From Mobula hypostoma (Eukaryota): a DNA stretch of 64,000 nt. Both the position numbers and the translations under genes were made by a program. A model generated the notes under the pieces. The model was not told where the DNA came from. It did no database searches and saw only the letters and a program-made list of their open reading frames with translations. Shown here piece by piece: positions 1 to 13,340 of the stretch (its first letter is position 1; every line of letters starts with the position of its first letter). The DNA lies in the NCBI RefSeq assembly GCF_963921235.1, contig NC_086108.1, forward strand, positions 75,022,001-75,086,000, written 5' to 3'.

Positions 1-3000
1 CAGGACCTTCCTGCCACATTTGAAGACCTGGTGGATTTGGCCATCCATGTCCATGTTCACCTTCAGCAGCACCGCAGAGGGAGGGGTTCCAGAGGTCCCT
101 GGCGCACTGAGTGAGTTCCAAGCTCCTCGTCAGTCTGCATTGCCCTGCCATTTGCCCCCATGTACAACTCCTGTTCCAGAGCCCGAAGCTATGCGGGTTG
201 ACTGTACCCACCTGACGCCGACTGAAAGACAAAGGAGAATCAGCACCCGTTCCTGTCTGTACTGTGGCCAACCAAGCCACTTCACCGTCACCTGTCCAGT
301 AAAAGCCAGCGCTCACCAAGAGGAAAAGGTGTACTGGTGAGTGTGTCCCCTGTCCTGCCCTCCTTGATACCACTCACTCTCATACCTGCTTCTCTAGAGT
401 GAGGTGTCCAACACCAAGCAGTCTCCGCCTTGGTCGATTCTGGTGCAGAGGGGAGTTTTATCGATTCTGGCTTGGCTGCCCAGTGGGGGTTACCCACATC
501 TGCTCTCCAGTCACCATTGATGGCCAACGCCTTTAACGGTCAGAGACTGGCTAACATCACCCATGTCACGGCCCTGATAGGTCTCAGTTTATCTAGCAAC
601 CATCATGACAGTTAACCCTTTGTTATTGACTCTCCTCAATCTCCCATTGTCCTGGGTCATCCCTGGTTAGTCAATCACAACCCCCACATTGACTGGCTCA
701 GTCACTAGATTGTAGCCTGGAGCCCATTCTGTCACTCCCACTGCCTCCACCATGCTCAGATCCCCTTGTCTTCAAACCCAGATCCCCCCGAGGAATTTCT
801 GGACCTTAGTGCCATCCCTCCTGAATACATGGACCTCAAGGCTGTGTTCAGCAAGTCCCGGGCCACTTCCCTGCTGCCTCACTGTCCATATGACTGCGCC
901 ATTGACCTCTTGCCTGGCATATCTCCCCCAAGGGGCCGCCTGTGTTCCCTGTCCATACCTGAAATGGCAGCCATGAATAAATACATTCAATAGTCTCTGG
1001 CTGCAGGCATCATTCAGTCATCTTCTTCCCCTGCTGGTGCCATTTTTTTTCTTTCTTGGAAAGCAGGATGGCTCCTTGCATCCATGCATTGAGTACCGGG
1101 GGTAAATGAAGTCACTGTTAAGAACAGGTACCCTCTTCCACTCATGACCTCGGCATTTGAACTACTACAAGGAGCCTCAGTTTTCACCAAGCTTGATCTC
1201 CATAACGCCTACCATCTTGTCTGCATTCGCGAAGGGGACGAGTGGAAGACGGCCTTCAACACCGCCTCAGGCCATTACGAGTATCTGGTCATTCCACTCA
1301 GTCTCACCAATGCCCCTGCTCTCTTCCAAGCCCTGGTAGATCATGTACTCAGGGACATGCTGAACCAATTTGTTTTTGTGTATCTTAACAACATTTTGAT
1401 TTCTTAACTCTCTTGCTGAACACACAGGTCACGTCCGCAGAGTTCCCCAGCGCCTTCTGGAGAACCTGCTCTTTGTGAAGGCTGAGAAATGTGAGTTTCA
1501 TCATAATACCGTCTCCTTCCTGGGGTATGTAATTTCAGGCAGTTCCATTCTGATGGACCAACAGAAGGTCAAGGCTGTGGTCGAATGGCCCCAACCCTCA
1601 ACTCGTTGGGAGTTGCAACGCTTCTTGGGCTTTGCTAACTTCCATTACTGCTTCACCAGAAATTACAGTACACTGGCTGCACCACTCATTACTCTTACCT
1701 CATCTGCTGTCTGTTTCTCCTGGCCCCCTGCTGCTGGAAAAGCATTCTGTGACCTGAAGGAACGTTTCACCTCTTCCCCCAACCTGATTCAACCTGACAC
1801 TGATGGACAGTTCATTGTGGAGGTGGATGCATCTGACACTGGTATAGGAGCTGTTCTATCTCAGCGCTCGGCCAAGGCTGAGAAGGTACACCCCTGCATC
1901 ACCTTCTCTCACTGCCTCACTCCCACGGAGTGGAAAGCTCTGGAGGAGTGGAGGCATTGCCTGGAGGGGGCCAAGGTGCCATTCTTCATCTGGACTGGTC
2001 ACAAGAATCTGGTATATATCTGTACTGCCAAGTGTCTCAACACCCATCAAGCTCGCTGGTCCCTGTTTTTCTCAAGATTCAATTTCACCCTGTCCTTCCG
2101 CCCCAGTTCCAAGAATGGAAAACCCGATGCCCTCTCCCGAAGATTTCCCTCCTCTGAAACCCCTGAGGTACCCGATGTCATGCTCCTAGCTCACTGTCTT
2201 GTGGGTGCAGCGCAATGAGACATTGAATCCATTGTGCAAGCTGCTGAACAGAGCAAGGCCATCCCTAGGCAATGCCCCACTAACCATGTTTATGTTCCCA
2301 GCTCTGTCCATTCACAGGTATTGCAGTGGGGTCATTCTTCCCGGTTATCCTGTCACCCTGGAACCAGGCGTACTCAGACCCTCATCAGTCGGTGGTTCTG
2401 GTGGCCCTCCATGGGAGATGACATCCGCAACATTGTCTCAGCCTGCTCAGTCTGTGCTCAAGGCGAGAACTCTAACAGGTCACCTGCTGGTCTGTTACAA
2501 GCCAGGTCTACCCCCAAGAGACCCTGGTCCCACATTGACCTGGACTTTGTCACCGGTCTTCCCCCATCAGATGGTAATACCACCATTCTCACAATAGTTG
2601 ATTACTTCTTCAAGTCTGTACACTTCATTCTTCATTAAGATGGAGAGTGACATAGTTAATTCAGAAACAAAGGTTCTGAACTCAAAGAGGGGTAACTTTG
2701 AAGGTATGAGACGTGAATTAGCTAAGATAGACTGGCAAATGACACTTAAAGGATTGGCGGTGGATATGCAATGGCAAGCATTTAAAGATTGCATGGATGA
2801 ACTACAACAATTGTTCATCCCAGTTTGGCAAAAGAATAAATTAAGGAAGGTAGTGCACCCGTGGCTGACAAGAGAAATTAGGGATAGTATCAATTCCAAA
2901 GAAGAAACATACAAATTAGCCAGGAAAAGTGGCTCACCTGAGGACTGGGATAAATTCAGAGTTCAGCAGAGGAGGACAAAGGGCTTAATTAGGAAGGGGA

Positions 3001-5874
3001 AAAAAGATTATGAGAGAAAACTGGCAGGGAACATAAAAACTGACTGTAAAAGCTTTTATAGGTATGTAAAAAGGAAAAGACTGGTAAAGACAAATGTAGG
3101 TCCCCTACAGACAGAAACAGGTGAATTGATTATGGGGAGCAAGGACATGGCAGACCAATTGAATAATTACTTTGGTTCTGTCTTCACTAAGGAAGACATA
3201 AATAATCTTCCAGAAATAGTAGGGGACAGAGGGTCCAGTGAGATGGAGGAACTGAGCGAAATACATGTTAGTAGGAAAGTGGTGTTAGGTAAATTGAAGG
3301 GATTAAAGGCAGATAAATCCCCAGGGCCAGATGGTCTGCATCCCAGAGTGCTTAAGGAAGTAGCCCAAGAAATAGTGGATGCATTAGTGATAATTTTTCA
3401 AAACTCGTTAGATTCTGGACTAGTTCCTGAGGATTGGAGGGTGGCTAATGTAATCCCACTTTTTAATAAAGGAGGGAGAGAGAAACCGAGGAATTATAGA
3501 CCGGTTAGCCTAACGTCGGTGGTGGGGAAACTGCTGGAGTCAGTTATCAAAGATGTGATAACAGCACATTTGGAAAGCGGTGAAATGATCGGACAAAGTC
3601 AGCATGGATTTGTGAAAGGAAAATCATGTCTGACGAATCTCATAGAATTTTTTGAGGATGTAACTAGTAGAGTGGATAGGGGAGAACCAGTGGATGTGGT
3701 ATATTTGGATTTTCAAAAGGCTTTTGACAAGGTCCCACACAGGAGATTAGTGTGCAAACTTAAAGCACACGGTATTGGGGGTAAGGTATTGATGTGGATA
3801 GAGAATTGGTTAGCAGACAGGAAGCAAAGAGTGGGAATAAACGGGACGTTTTCAGAATCGCAGGCAGTGACTAGTGGGGTACTGCAAGGCTCAGTGCTGG
3901 GACCCCAGTTGTTTACAATATATATTAATGACTTGGATGAGGGAATTAAATGCAGCATCTCCAAATTTGCGGATGACACAGAGCTGGGCGGCAGTGTTAG
4001 CTGTGAGGAGGATGCTAAGAGGATGCAGGGTGACTTGGATAGGTTGGGTGAGTGGGCAAATTCATGGCAGATGCAATTTAACGTGGATAAATGTGAAGTT
4101 ATCCACTTTGGTAGCAAAAATAGGAAAACAGATTATTATCTGAATGGTGGCCGATTAGGAAAAGGGGAGGTGCAACAAGACCTGGGTGTCATTATACACC
4201 AGTCATTGAAAGTGGGCATGCAGGTACCACAGGCGGTGAAAAAGGCAAATGGTATGCTGGCATTCATAGCAAGAGGATTCGAGTACAGGAGCCGGGAGGT
4301 ACTACTGCAAGTTGTACAAGGCCTTGGTGAGACCACACCTGGAGTACTGTGTGCAGTTTTGGTCCCCTAATCTGAGGAAAGACATCCTTGCCATAGAGGG
4401 AGTACAAAGAATGTTCACCAGATTGATTCCTGGGATGGAAGGACTTTCATATGAAGAAAGACTGGATGAACTCGGCTTGTACTCGTTGGAATTTAGAAGA
4501 TTGAGGGGGGATCTGATTGAAACATATAAAATCCTAAAGGGATTGGACAGGCTAGATGCAGGAAGATTGTTCCTGATGTTGGGGAAGTCCAGAACAAGGG
4601 GTCACAGTTTGAGGATAAAGGCGAAGCCTTTTAGGACTGAGATTAGGAAAAACTTCTTCACACAGAGAGTGGTGAATCTGTGGAATTCTCTGCCACAGGA
4701 AACAGTTGAGGCCAGTTCATTGGCTATATTTAAGAGGGAGTTAGATATGGCCCTTGTGGCTAGGGGGATCAGAGGGTATGGAGGGAAGGCTGGTGCAGGT
4801 TTCTGAGTTGAATGATCAGCCATGATCATAATAAATGGTGGTGCAGGCTCGAAGGGTCAAATAGCCTACTCCTGCACCTATTTTTCTATGTTTTCTATGT
4901 TTACCTAAACTCCCCTTGGCCAAAGAAACAGCCAAATTACTAATACCGCGTGTTTTCATCTACAGGTAAACTGTGTAATTAGTTGTGTCAGACGGGGGCC
5001 CTCAATTCACATCCAACTTCTGGAGGGCATTCTGTAATCTTCTTGGTGCCTCAGTGAGTCTGTCTTCAGGATTCTACCCACAGACCGATGGCCAGACCGA
5101 GCGGGCCAACTGACTGCTAGAGACAGTATTGTGGTGTCTGGTCTCCCAGAACCCATCCGCATGGAGTCAGCAGCTACCCTGGCCCAAGTACTCCATAAAC
5201 TCTCATCCATCCTCATCCACCGGTCTGTCCCCCTTCGAGTGCTGCCTTGGCTACCAACCTCCACTGTTTCCTGCCCAGGAAGAGGAGGTTGGTGTTCCAT
5301 CTGCTGAGGCATTCATCCGCCGTTGTCAGCGGACGTGGAGGCGCACTCGCTCTGCCCTTCTTCGTGCCTCAGCTAGGATCAAGCGTAAAGCTGACTGCCA
5401 TCGCTTCAAAGCCCCACTTTACCGCCAGGGACAGCGTGTGTGGCTTTCAGCCTGCGACCTGCCCCTCAAGGTAGATTCCTGCAAACTCTTCCCCCACTTC
5501 ATCGGCCCCTTTCCCATTGCTGAAGTCATCAGCCATCCATCTCAAGCTCCCCTCCACTCTCCACCGCATTCATCCCACCTTCCATGGGCCCCCTGCCAAT
5601 CCTTTCATGAGCCACCCTTTTTGCCCTGTCTCCAAACCGCCCCTCCCCCAAGGCTTAACAACAGGTCACAGGCCTTCACCTTGTGTTGACTGCTGGGTGT
5701 TCATCACCAGGGCTGTGGTTTCCAGTACCTTGTGGACCGGGAGGGCTACGGACCTGAGGAGAGGTGCTGGGTCCCCGCCTGTAACATCCTGACCCCTCTC
5801 TCATCGGGGACTTTCGACACCAGCACCCAGTTCCACCTGCCATGACGCCAGGAGGCATCCGTGGGAGGGGTTAC
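1..5874 (+). mobile_element. Ty3/Gypsy chromoviral (Sushi-like) LTR retrotransposon, internal gag-pol region, degenerate; 5' end outside window; interrupted by CR1 at 2631-4900
   Basis: Gag CCHC knuckle CLYCGQPSHFTVTC (ORF 20-340); protease VDSGAEGSFID (430-615); [28 protein letters not shown]...VYLNNILI (1144-1407, YLDD degraded); RNase H EVDASDTGIGAVL (1475-2218); integrase HHCC and PWSHIDLDFVTGLP (2234-2630) resuming LPKLPLAKETA at 4901; chromodomain-like [17 protein letters not shown] near 5720-5780; purine tract GTGGGAGGGG at 5861-5870. Many stops and frameshifts. Confidence 0.95.
2631..4900 (+). mobile_element. CR1 LINE, 5'-truncated, young; ORF2 (RT) with one frameshift near 4310
   Basis: ORFs 2598-4370 and 4312-4806: KSPGPDGLHPRVLKE, NYRPVSLTS, YLDFQKAFDKV, QGSVLGP, KFADDT, LVRPHLEYCVQFWSP; 3' tail of TTTCTATG-type repeats ending near 4900. 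Confidence 0.97.
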
Positions 5875-6406
5875 TGTCAGTACCTCCAATTGAACTGTCA
5901 TTGCCATGTGCTCTTGTTTGTTTTCATGCCCCATGTGCTCCTGTCCCTGTCCCTGCTCTGCTCTGGCCCCTGTATCACTGATTACTCCATCTCTCACCTG
6001 TTTCTCATTATTACCTATATTGCTGCCACCTGTGTCTCACTGTGCTCCACCTATCATCTGCCTCTCTGTTTATTGCTCAGTGTATTTCAGTCCTATGTTT
6101 TCACCCGTGTTTTGCCAGATTGTGCCAATGAGTTTTCATGAGCCTTTCCAGCATTCAGATCTAAACACTGGCCTTCTGAGTATCGACCCTGCCTGTTTGC
6201 TGACCCTGAATTCACCTGTTTATCTTGATTATTCTGGTTTTTGACTCTGTTTCCTGATTCTGATATATTGGATTTCTCTGGATTTTTTGATCTCCGCCTG
6301 AACTTTGTTGCCGACTTTGTTGCCCCTTTGGATTTGTTACTCAATAAATATCACAGTGTGCACGGTACTTGGTCTGTGATTGGGTCCCTGCTCCAGCGCC
6401 CCGACA
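5875..6406 (+). mobile_element. 3' LTR of the Gypsy element
   Basis: Begins TGTCA just after the purine tract and ends CGACA (TG...CA termini); AATAAA at 6343-6348. Confidence 0.8.
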
Positions 6407-6419
6407 AACACACTAGCTA

Positions 6420-6845
6420 ATAACGAACCTATCAACCTCTGCTTTAAATATACCCAATGACATGACCTCCATAACCTTCTGTAGCAATGGATTCCACAGA
6501 TTCACCACTTTCTGGCTATAGAAATTCTTCCTTATCTCTCTCTAAATGGAAGTCCTTGTATTCTGAGGCAGCGCCCCCTAATTGTTATTGTAGCTTCTTC
6601 AACCACTTCTCATTCCATATATAGACACCACCTGGGTGAAAAAATGCCCTACCAGTTCCTAATAAATCTCCGTCCTATCACCCTAAACCTATGTACCCTC
6701 CAATGAGTAAAGTCCCAGCCTACTCAACAGCTTTCTGAAATTCAAAGCCTTGCGTCCCAGCAACATACTCGCAAATCTCAGTTCTCCTTCTGGGCACCTT
6801 TCCTATAGCAGGATGACCAAAACTTTTCACGATAGTCCAAGTGTG
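6420..6845 (-). mobile_element. Old CR1 3' fragments
   Basis: Similarity to CR1 3' sequence, e.g. TTCCACAGATTCACCACT and AGAAATTCTTCCTTATCTC. Confidence 0.65.
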
Positions 6846-7459
6846 TGGTGAAACCTCACTGAAGAAATGCATGGAACCTCCCAATATATCTGAGACTCCA
6901 ATGCTGTCTGGGGGGAGTCAATGGGAATTACAGTATGTGCAGTTCTTGGCCTGGATAATAATACTGGTGAGATGCAGATTGGTAACAGCTATCAAATAGG
7001 ACTACTCAGTCCCAAGATGAAGAGTATCATCTGTAACTACTCAGGTCTTTGAATTATGTTAAGAAATAAACCACCTTGTCTTGTGCAGAACTGTTCTGTA
7101 TGCCAATTGCAGCCCTTCTTGCATTTGCTTCAGACCTTCAGGAATTTTAAAGAGGTGTTGGCTGTTGCTGAGTCTGGTAGTTATTGACCACTTGATTCAA
7201 ACTGTAGCAAGAGAAGAGCCAGCCGCAATAGCATAGAACAAATACAAATGTGTCTTAACCTAATTCAGTGCACAGGGGTTTGAGGCAGCCGTCAGAGAAC
7301 TTTATTCCATGTTCACAAAGGGAAGAGTATCATTACCCGGTCCCAGAATCAGTTAAGTAAGGAATTGTGTGTACAGATTGTGCTTCTCTGAAGACATAAA
7401 TTATGTTTTCACTGCATTGTAGGGAATATACATTTGTAGACCTCTGAAATGCATACAGC

Positions 7460-9266
7460 CAGATCCTTATACCAGAGGTTGATGAATGGAAGTCAACTTC
7501 TAACACTCCCAGACGTTGGGGGTGGGGTTGTTCTTTTGTAACAAACCCTGTCTGACCAGAAACTCTATCCTTATGCTTTCTTCTCGCAGTAGCTGTCTTC
7601 TGTGGAGAGAAATTATAACATAAGGAACAGAGAACTGTTTACGATCAAGTTAGCCCTGGAGGAGTGGAGATAATGGCTAGTGGGGGCCCAATCATCTATT
7701 TGTCTGGACTGATCTGTATTCAAGAGGGAAAGTGGTTAAAATTGTGCCAGGCTGGGTGGTCTTCCCTTTTTAACTGTTTCAATTTTATTATTGCCTACCA
7801 TCCAGGTTCAAAGAATCAGAAGTTGTTGCACTCACTAGGCAGTTTGAACAGCCAGACCTGGTCATCGTCCCAGACCCATCCTTTCGAGGTCCAGGCTGGA
7901 GACATTGGTCTAGTGGGAGATCAAGACCATCATCAGGGGAGCCTAATGGTAGGAGGCTGACCCAGGGAACAGTCCACCAAGGCACCTTTTCTTCCCTTTC
8001 TCTATATGTTTATAGGGGCACATATCACGTATCGCAGGACATCCGTGGACTGCTGGAGTGGCGGAGTTGATCAAGGGGCAGTTCTGGTGGCTGAGCATGG
8101 ATGGGGATGTTAAATCATGTGGCAGCCTGTCACATCTGTACCTGTAACAAGAAACTCAGATCACATCCACAGGGACTGCTACACCCACTGCCCAATCTTT
8201 CCCGTCCCTGCTCTCATATCTCCATGGACTTCATTACTGGTCTGCCACCATCGTGAGGTAACACCGTGATTATGGTGGTATGCATCAGTTCTCCAAGGCC
8301 TGCCACTTTGTGTCCCTACCCAACCTTCTGTCAGCTTGGGAGATGACCAACCTTATGTTGAAACCTATATTTAGAGTGCATGGCTTTCCCCAGGATGTTG
8401 TTTCTGACTGAGGCCTTCAGTTTACCTTCTGGCTCTGAAAGGCTTTCTGTCAGCTCATGAGAGCTACGGTCAGCATCTCTTCAGGATTTCACCCCCCCCC
8501 CCGGTCCAATGGGCAGATGGAGAGGACCAACCAGGACCTGGAGGAGACCTGGAGGTACCTTGTGTTGGGCAACTCAACCACTTGGAGTGACCATCTGCTC
8601 TGAGACTCCTGTAGAATATTCTACAGGATTACTTCCCTTTTGAGTATCAGTTTGGCTATCCATCCCGTCTATTTCCCGAGCAGGAGTCTGAGGTGGGAGT
8701 CTCACCTGCTGAAGAGCTGGTCCGATGTTACTGGCAGAGTTGAAGGAAAGCTCAGGCAGCCCTGCTGAAGGCCTCTTTGCAATAACAGTGGCAAGCCAAC
8801 CATCAAAGGTGGCTGGGGCCTTTATTCCATCCTGGTCAAAGGGTCTGGCTCTCCTCCTCTGTGGGTTGCGTCTTGGAAACTGGTGCCACACTGCATTGGG
8901 CCATCCAAGGTTCTCCACTGGAACAGCTCAGTTACTTACCTTCTCCAGTTGCCACACACCATGCATATCAACTCCACCTTCCATGTCTCCTATCTAAAGC
9001 TCCTTCAGTGCAGTCCGCTGACACCAATTTTGAGACCGCTCCTGGCTCCTCACATCATTAATGGTCATCTAGCATACACCGTCCATCAGCCTTGGGACTC
9101 CTGTCTTGTTTGTGGCCAGCTCCAGTGCTTGGTGAGCATTATGGCACAGAAGAAAGGCAGTGAGGATTTGAAGCCTGTGACATCCTGGACCTGGACCTGA
9201 TCAGAGACTTCCACTGTTGCCACCTGAAACACACTGGTATATCAGGTGCCGGACATGTGGGAAGCC
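7460..9266 (+). mobile_element. Second, older Sushi-like Gypsy internal remnant (RT stub, RNase H, integrase, chromodomain)
   Basis: IPEVDEWKSTSNTP (RT) joined to DVG-type RNase [70 protein letters not shown]; heavily mutated. Confidence 0.9.
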
Positions 9267-9560
9267 TGTCATGCCTCAGTCTGATCAACAGGGGGTGCTG
9301 GAGTCCTCCTGGATCTGATGCTCCTACTCCCCTGATTATTAGTTGTTCATTTTCACTAGTCTTATTTTAGTTATCTGTGTACCTATACCTTGTTTTGTTT
9401 CACTATTTAAGTTCCTTCTGTTTTGTTTGCCTTTGTCCAGACTTGAGTTTACCTACCCTGTGTGTGGTGAATACTGAGTTCCCTATAAACCAATCATCAA
9501 GTAAAGATTCTTCACTCAACTCCATCCTCATGTCTGATCTCCTCTGTACTTGGTCTATCT
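9267..9560 (+). mobile_element. Probable degraded 3' LTR of the second Gypsy remnant
   Basis: TGTCA after G-rich tract GTGGGAAG; ATAAA then TACTTGGTCT as in the first LTR; the 3' end is unclear. Confidence 0.5.
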
Positions 9561-9649
9561 CTCTCCAGGTAGTCCACGGTTTAAAGATGCTGAACTTCAC
9601 CATAACAACCCCAGTTCAAACCACTCCGGCAACCACCAATCACAGTAAC

Positions 9650-9825
9650 AAGCAACACACGCACTAACCATGCAGGAGGAACTCAGTAGGTCAGGCAGCA
9701 TCTATGGAGGGAAATGAACGGTTAACAATTCAGGCTGAGATACTTCATCAGGTATGTGTCAACATTTTATCACAAGACCCTTCATTTGGACAGGATTTCC
9801 AGCATCTGTAGGATCTCTTGCGCCT
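9650..9825 (-). mobile_element. Penelope-like pLTR fragment with two degenerate hammerhead-like motifs
   Basis: GGAGGAACTCAGTAGGTCAGGCAGCATCTATGG terminus shared with other PLE ends here; minus strand CTGATGAAGTATCTCAGCCTGAATTG. Confidence 0.65.
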
Positions 9826-12448
9826 CCATGTGACTATAACAATGCAGCATCTGGCTTGCAAGTCATTGTTTGAGGAGAAGGAAAGGGTATGAAATGAGCT
9901 AAATCATTTTGATACCCCTGACTTCCATCTGTATCACTATTAACCCGCATCACTCTCAATGGTCCATGTCATCTTGTGTCCATAATCTCTTTTCCAGATT
10001 TCTTTCTCCATGCATAACCTTGTAAAGATGACTAATTGATTTCTTGATACTTTCAAGAGCTGTATGCATTTTTATTTACCTCTTTTGCCTTCTCCTCTGG
10101 CCATTTCATGCCAGGTCTATTTTTATTTTGTATATTACAAGGGAACAGAGGAATTGCTAGATGGAAAAAAGAGACCACCCCATCTATTTTCTTTCTACAT
10201 TCTGGTAGTTGAATGGAAAAAAAAGAGTTGTTGCTTATTGATGGTAATTGATCTTTATTATTGGCCCACAAAAACACAGGAAAAATAATGTGATGGAAAA
10301 TGTGAAAATCTAGGGTTAAGTTATCCTCTCAGTAATATTTTTTACTCACCGTCAGGTCACAAAAGACTCAAATACTTTTGTTATGATCAGCTCAATTGAT
10401 TTCAGTACTAAGTAACTGCATGTATAGATTTTTAAAAAAGACTTCTGAATTCCTCCTTATTTTAAACTTGCATCTTTTAATATTTGAAGGCTATATTTTG
10501 CAGAATGAAAGAATAAGTTGCCTAGATTAATGCCATAAACCTTGAAATTTTCAAACTAGACTAATTCCAAGTCTCTCCTCGCAAAAATGTTAGTTAACCT
10601 TCTCTGATGTTTCTAGAAGAAGAAAAAAGCATAAACCCTTGCTTTGTGCATCTACAGTCATATTCTTGTGATGTTCCAAAGCATTGGAAAAATAGGCACT
10701 GTGCTTCACATTGTTCAACATTAATACCTTCTAATCATTTATGCATGTCAAATGAGCCAATATTAAGATCACCAGTACCTTTAAGGCAGACACCATTAGA
10801 GGGCAGACTGTTTGCTAGGGGCTATTAGACTCTCAACATTCATGAAATCCTCCCAGAAAACTTTCTGCACCACTTCTGGAAGCCTCTTTCTACAGATCCT
10901 ACACAGTCATGTCACTTATTACTGTACTTTCCAGAGGTTGGAATGCCTCATTTCATTGGCATTGACCTTCGTTCTTAGTGTTGATCTCTTATGGCCTGGG
11001 GAACCATTAGCTCCCAGCTGCCACTGCCTCCTGGCCCCTTCTGACATGGCTGGTCTATTAAGAGGCCCCTTATAAGGTCAACTGGGATTTCCCAGTAAAG
11101 GTTGAGAATGAGCCTGGCATTTGTCTGTGTTGTTCTACTGGATCTGCACCAGGTATGGCAGTAGTTGGTGGAACAGCTGAGGAAGTCAAGCCCTTATTCC
11201 TTTCCTGCTTTAATTTGAATTTTATTTTAAATTTAGCTAGTGGAGACTATAATGAGGACCAAAGGCTCTTTAAAACTCCCCATGGATGTGAGCTCTTTCT
11301 GGCCCCGCTGCAGAGGTTACTAAACAGACTGAGCCACCTCTTCCGAACTAAAACTTTGATTTACTACAGAGCAGCCTTGTTGCTTAGTATAAGGTTAGAT
11401 GAATGCTCCATTCCAGCTCTACCCACTGTTAAAAAATAAAGGCAACAACTGCTGTTTTGACTGAGCAACAGGCAGGAGTGTGGCTTGGCAGATTGACTAA
11501 CGATGCTGTCAGAAATATAGAAAAAGAGTCCACTTGAGGGTTAGGAAGGGAAGTGTTGGTATGACTGGAAAACGAGAGGCTTAAACCAAAGCAAAGGAAA
11601 ACTACTGAGAGGTCCCATTGTAATGAATGATCCCACAGACATTTTCTTTCTGGGTGAAGGTGGAGGTAATTCATGCAATTTGTGGTGACATAACACAACT
11701 GTTGATCACGTTCCAAAGAAACCAAGGTGAGGGGAGTCAATTACAGACCCTCAGAAAGCCATTGAGAGAAGGAGGAGAAGCATGATTCTCAGTAGAGTTT
11801 AACTATCTTAGGTTTTGTTTCACGACATGTCTCAGACCACAATAAGCCGAGAAAAGTTTGCTGCATAAAACTCATTGTAGCTTTATCCACATCAGAGTAG
11901 TGCATTCCATTTTAATAATTACAACCAGCATTCAAGAAAATAATAGAACAGCAAATACAATTACAGAGCAACTTTAATATAGCAAAACATCCCATATCAC
12001 TGTGTGGCAATGTCAGAAAGACAGACTTCAAACCAGAGAAGGGTAAAACTAACAGAGAACATCACCAAAGGTGTCAGGCACATTTTGAAATCAGTGGCAG
12101 TGGCAGTGAAGCCAGACAAAAATATGTAGATAAGAATTCAGAAACCTATTTCAGATGATCATCCCATCAGGTATGAGTAGAACAACTGAAAGCATTCTCC
12201 ACAGTGAGAACCTACAAGTTGAAGCAGCTTTTCATATTGCAAGTGACCTCATGTCTCAGCTAATTTTAACACAGTTGTGTGGGCCAACCTCATCCCCGCC
12301 AGCAGAATGAGTTAAAAAGTGTGGAGTGTTTGTTGACAACATTAATGAGGTATGACTCACAGTGAACATTCACTTGAACAACAAGGTCAATTTACTTGGA
12401 AAGCAGCAAAGAAATTTGAAGCTACAGTAATTTCTCCACAGAGTTTTA

Positions 12449-12750
12449 GGGTGCCACGGCAGTGTTGTGGTTAGTGTGACGCTGTTACAGCTTGGGACAT
12501 CCGAGTTCAGAGTTCAATCCCAGCATCCTCTGTAAGGAGCCTCTGTATGTCCTTCCCATGGAATGCGTGAGTTTTCTCCGGGTGCTCCGGTTCCCTCCTA
12601 CAGTCCAAAGGTGTATCGTGTAGGTTAATTGGCCATTGTAAATTGTCCCGTGATTAGATTAGTTAGGCTAGGGTTAAATCTGTCAGGAGTTGCTGGGCGG
12701 TACAGCTCTGAGGGTCAGAAGGGCCTTTTCCATGCTGTATCTCTAAATGA
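12449..12750 (+). mobile_element. tRNA-derived SINE (V-SINE/HE1-like)
   Basis: A-box-like GTGGTTAG and B-box GTTCAATCC, followed by the V-domain-like core TTTTCTCCGGGTGCTCCGGTTCCCTCCTACAGTCCAAAG...GGTTAATTGG...TAAATTGTCCC and a CR1-like tail. Confidence 0.8.
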
Positions 12751-12759
12751 AGCTGTCAA

Positions 12760-13340
12760 CAAGTGAACAAGGGAGTCACATAGAGAGTGATCCCTTCAGG
12801 AAGCAGAAGGAATGGAAGGAAAGATGTGCTTAGTGGTAGTATCCCTCTGGAACTGTCCTTGGCCACTCATCCCTTCCTGCTGATCTTCCTCCTGGTACTG
12901 ATCGCTGCAAGTGGAACAAGAGCTACACCTGCACCTGCTCCTCCCTCACCAACATTTAGGGTGACCACCAAGCAGTCCTTACAGGCGAGGCGACACTTCA
13001 CCTGTGAGTCTGCCCAGTGCGGCCTCCTCTACATCAGTGAGAACCGATGCAGGTTGGGGGAACTGCTTCCTCGAGCACCTTTGCTCTATCCACAGCAAAA
13101 GGCAGGATCTCTTGTTTGCTATCCTATTTCAACTTGACTTCCCATTCCCATAATGACATCTCTGTCCACGGCCTCTTTTACTGCCTCAAAGAAGCCACTC
13201 TCAGGTTGTAGAAGCAACATCTCATATTTTGGCTGGGTTGTCTCCAACATCAATTTCTCTAACTTCAGCTAGTTTCTCTACCCTCCCTCTTATTTATTTT
13301 CCATTCCTCATTCTGGTTCCCCTCCCACCCGTTCTCTTAA
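12760..13340 (+). mobile_element. Penelope-like element fragment (GIY-YIG endonuclease remnant)
   Basis: KQSLQARRHFTCESAQCGLLYISENRCRLGE in ORF 12787-13137, homologous to the PLE copies at 26.6 kb and 34.1 kb. Confidence 0.8.

Noticed and set aside
290..345. Functional -1 ribosomal frameshift signal at the gag-pol junction
   Set aside because: The frame offset is consistent, but no canonical XXXYYYZ heptamer is evident (GTAAAAG) and the element is decayed.
12449..12530. tRNA gene
   Set aside because: A/B boxes are followed by a SINE core and tail; no intact cloverleaf.
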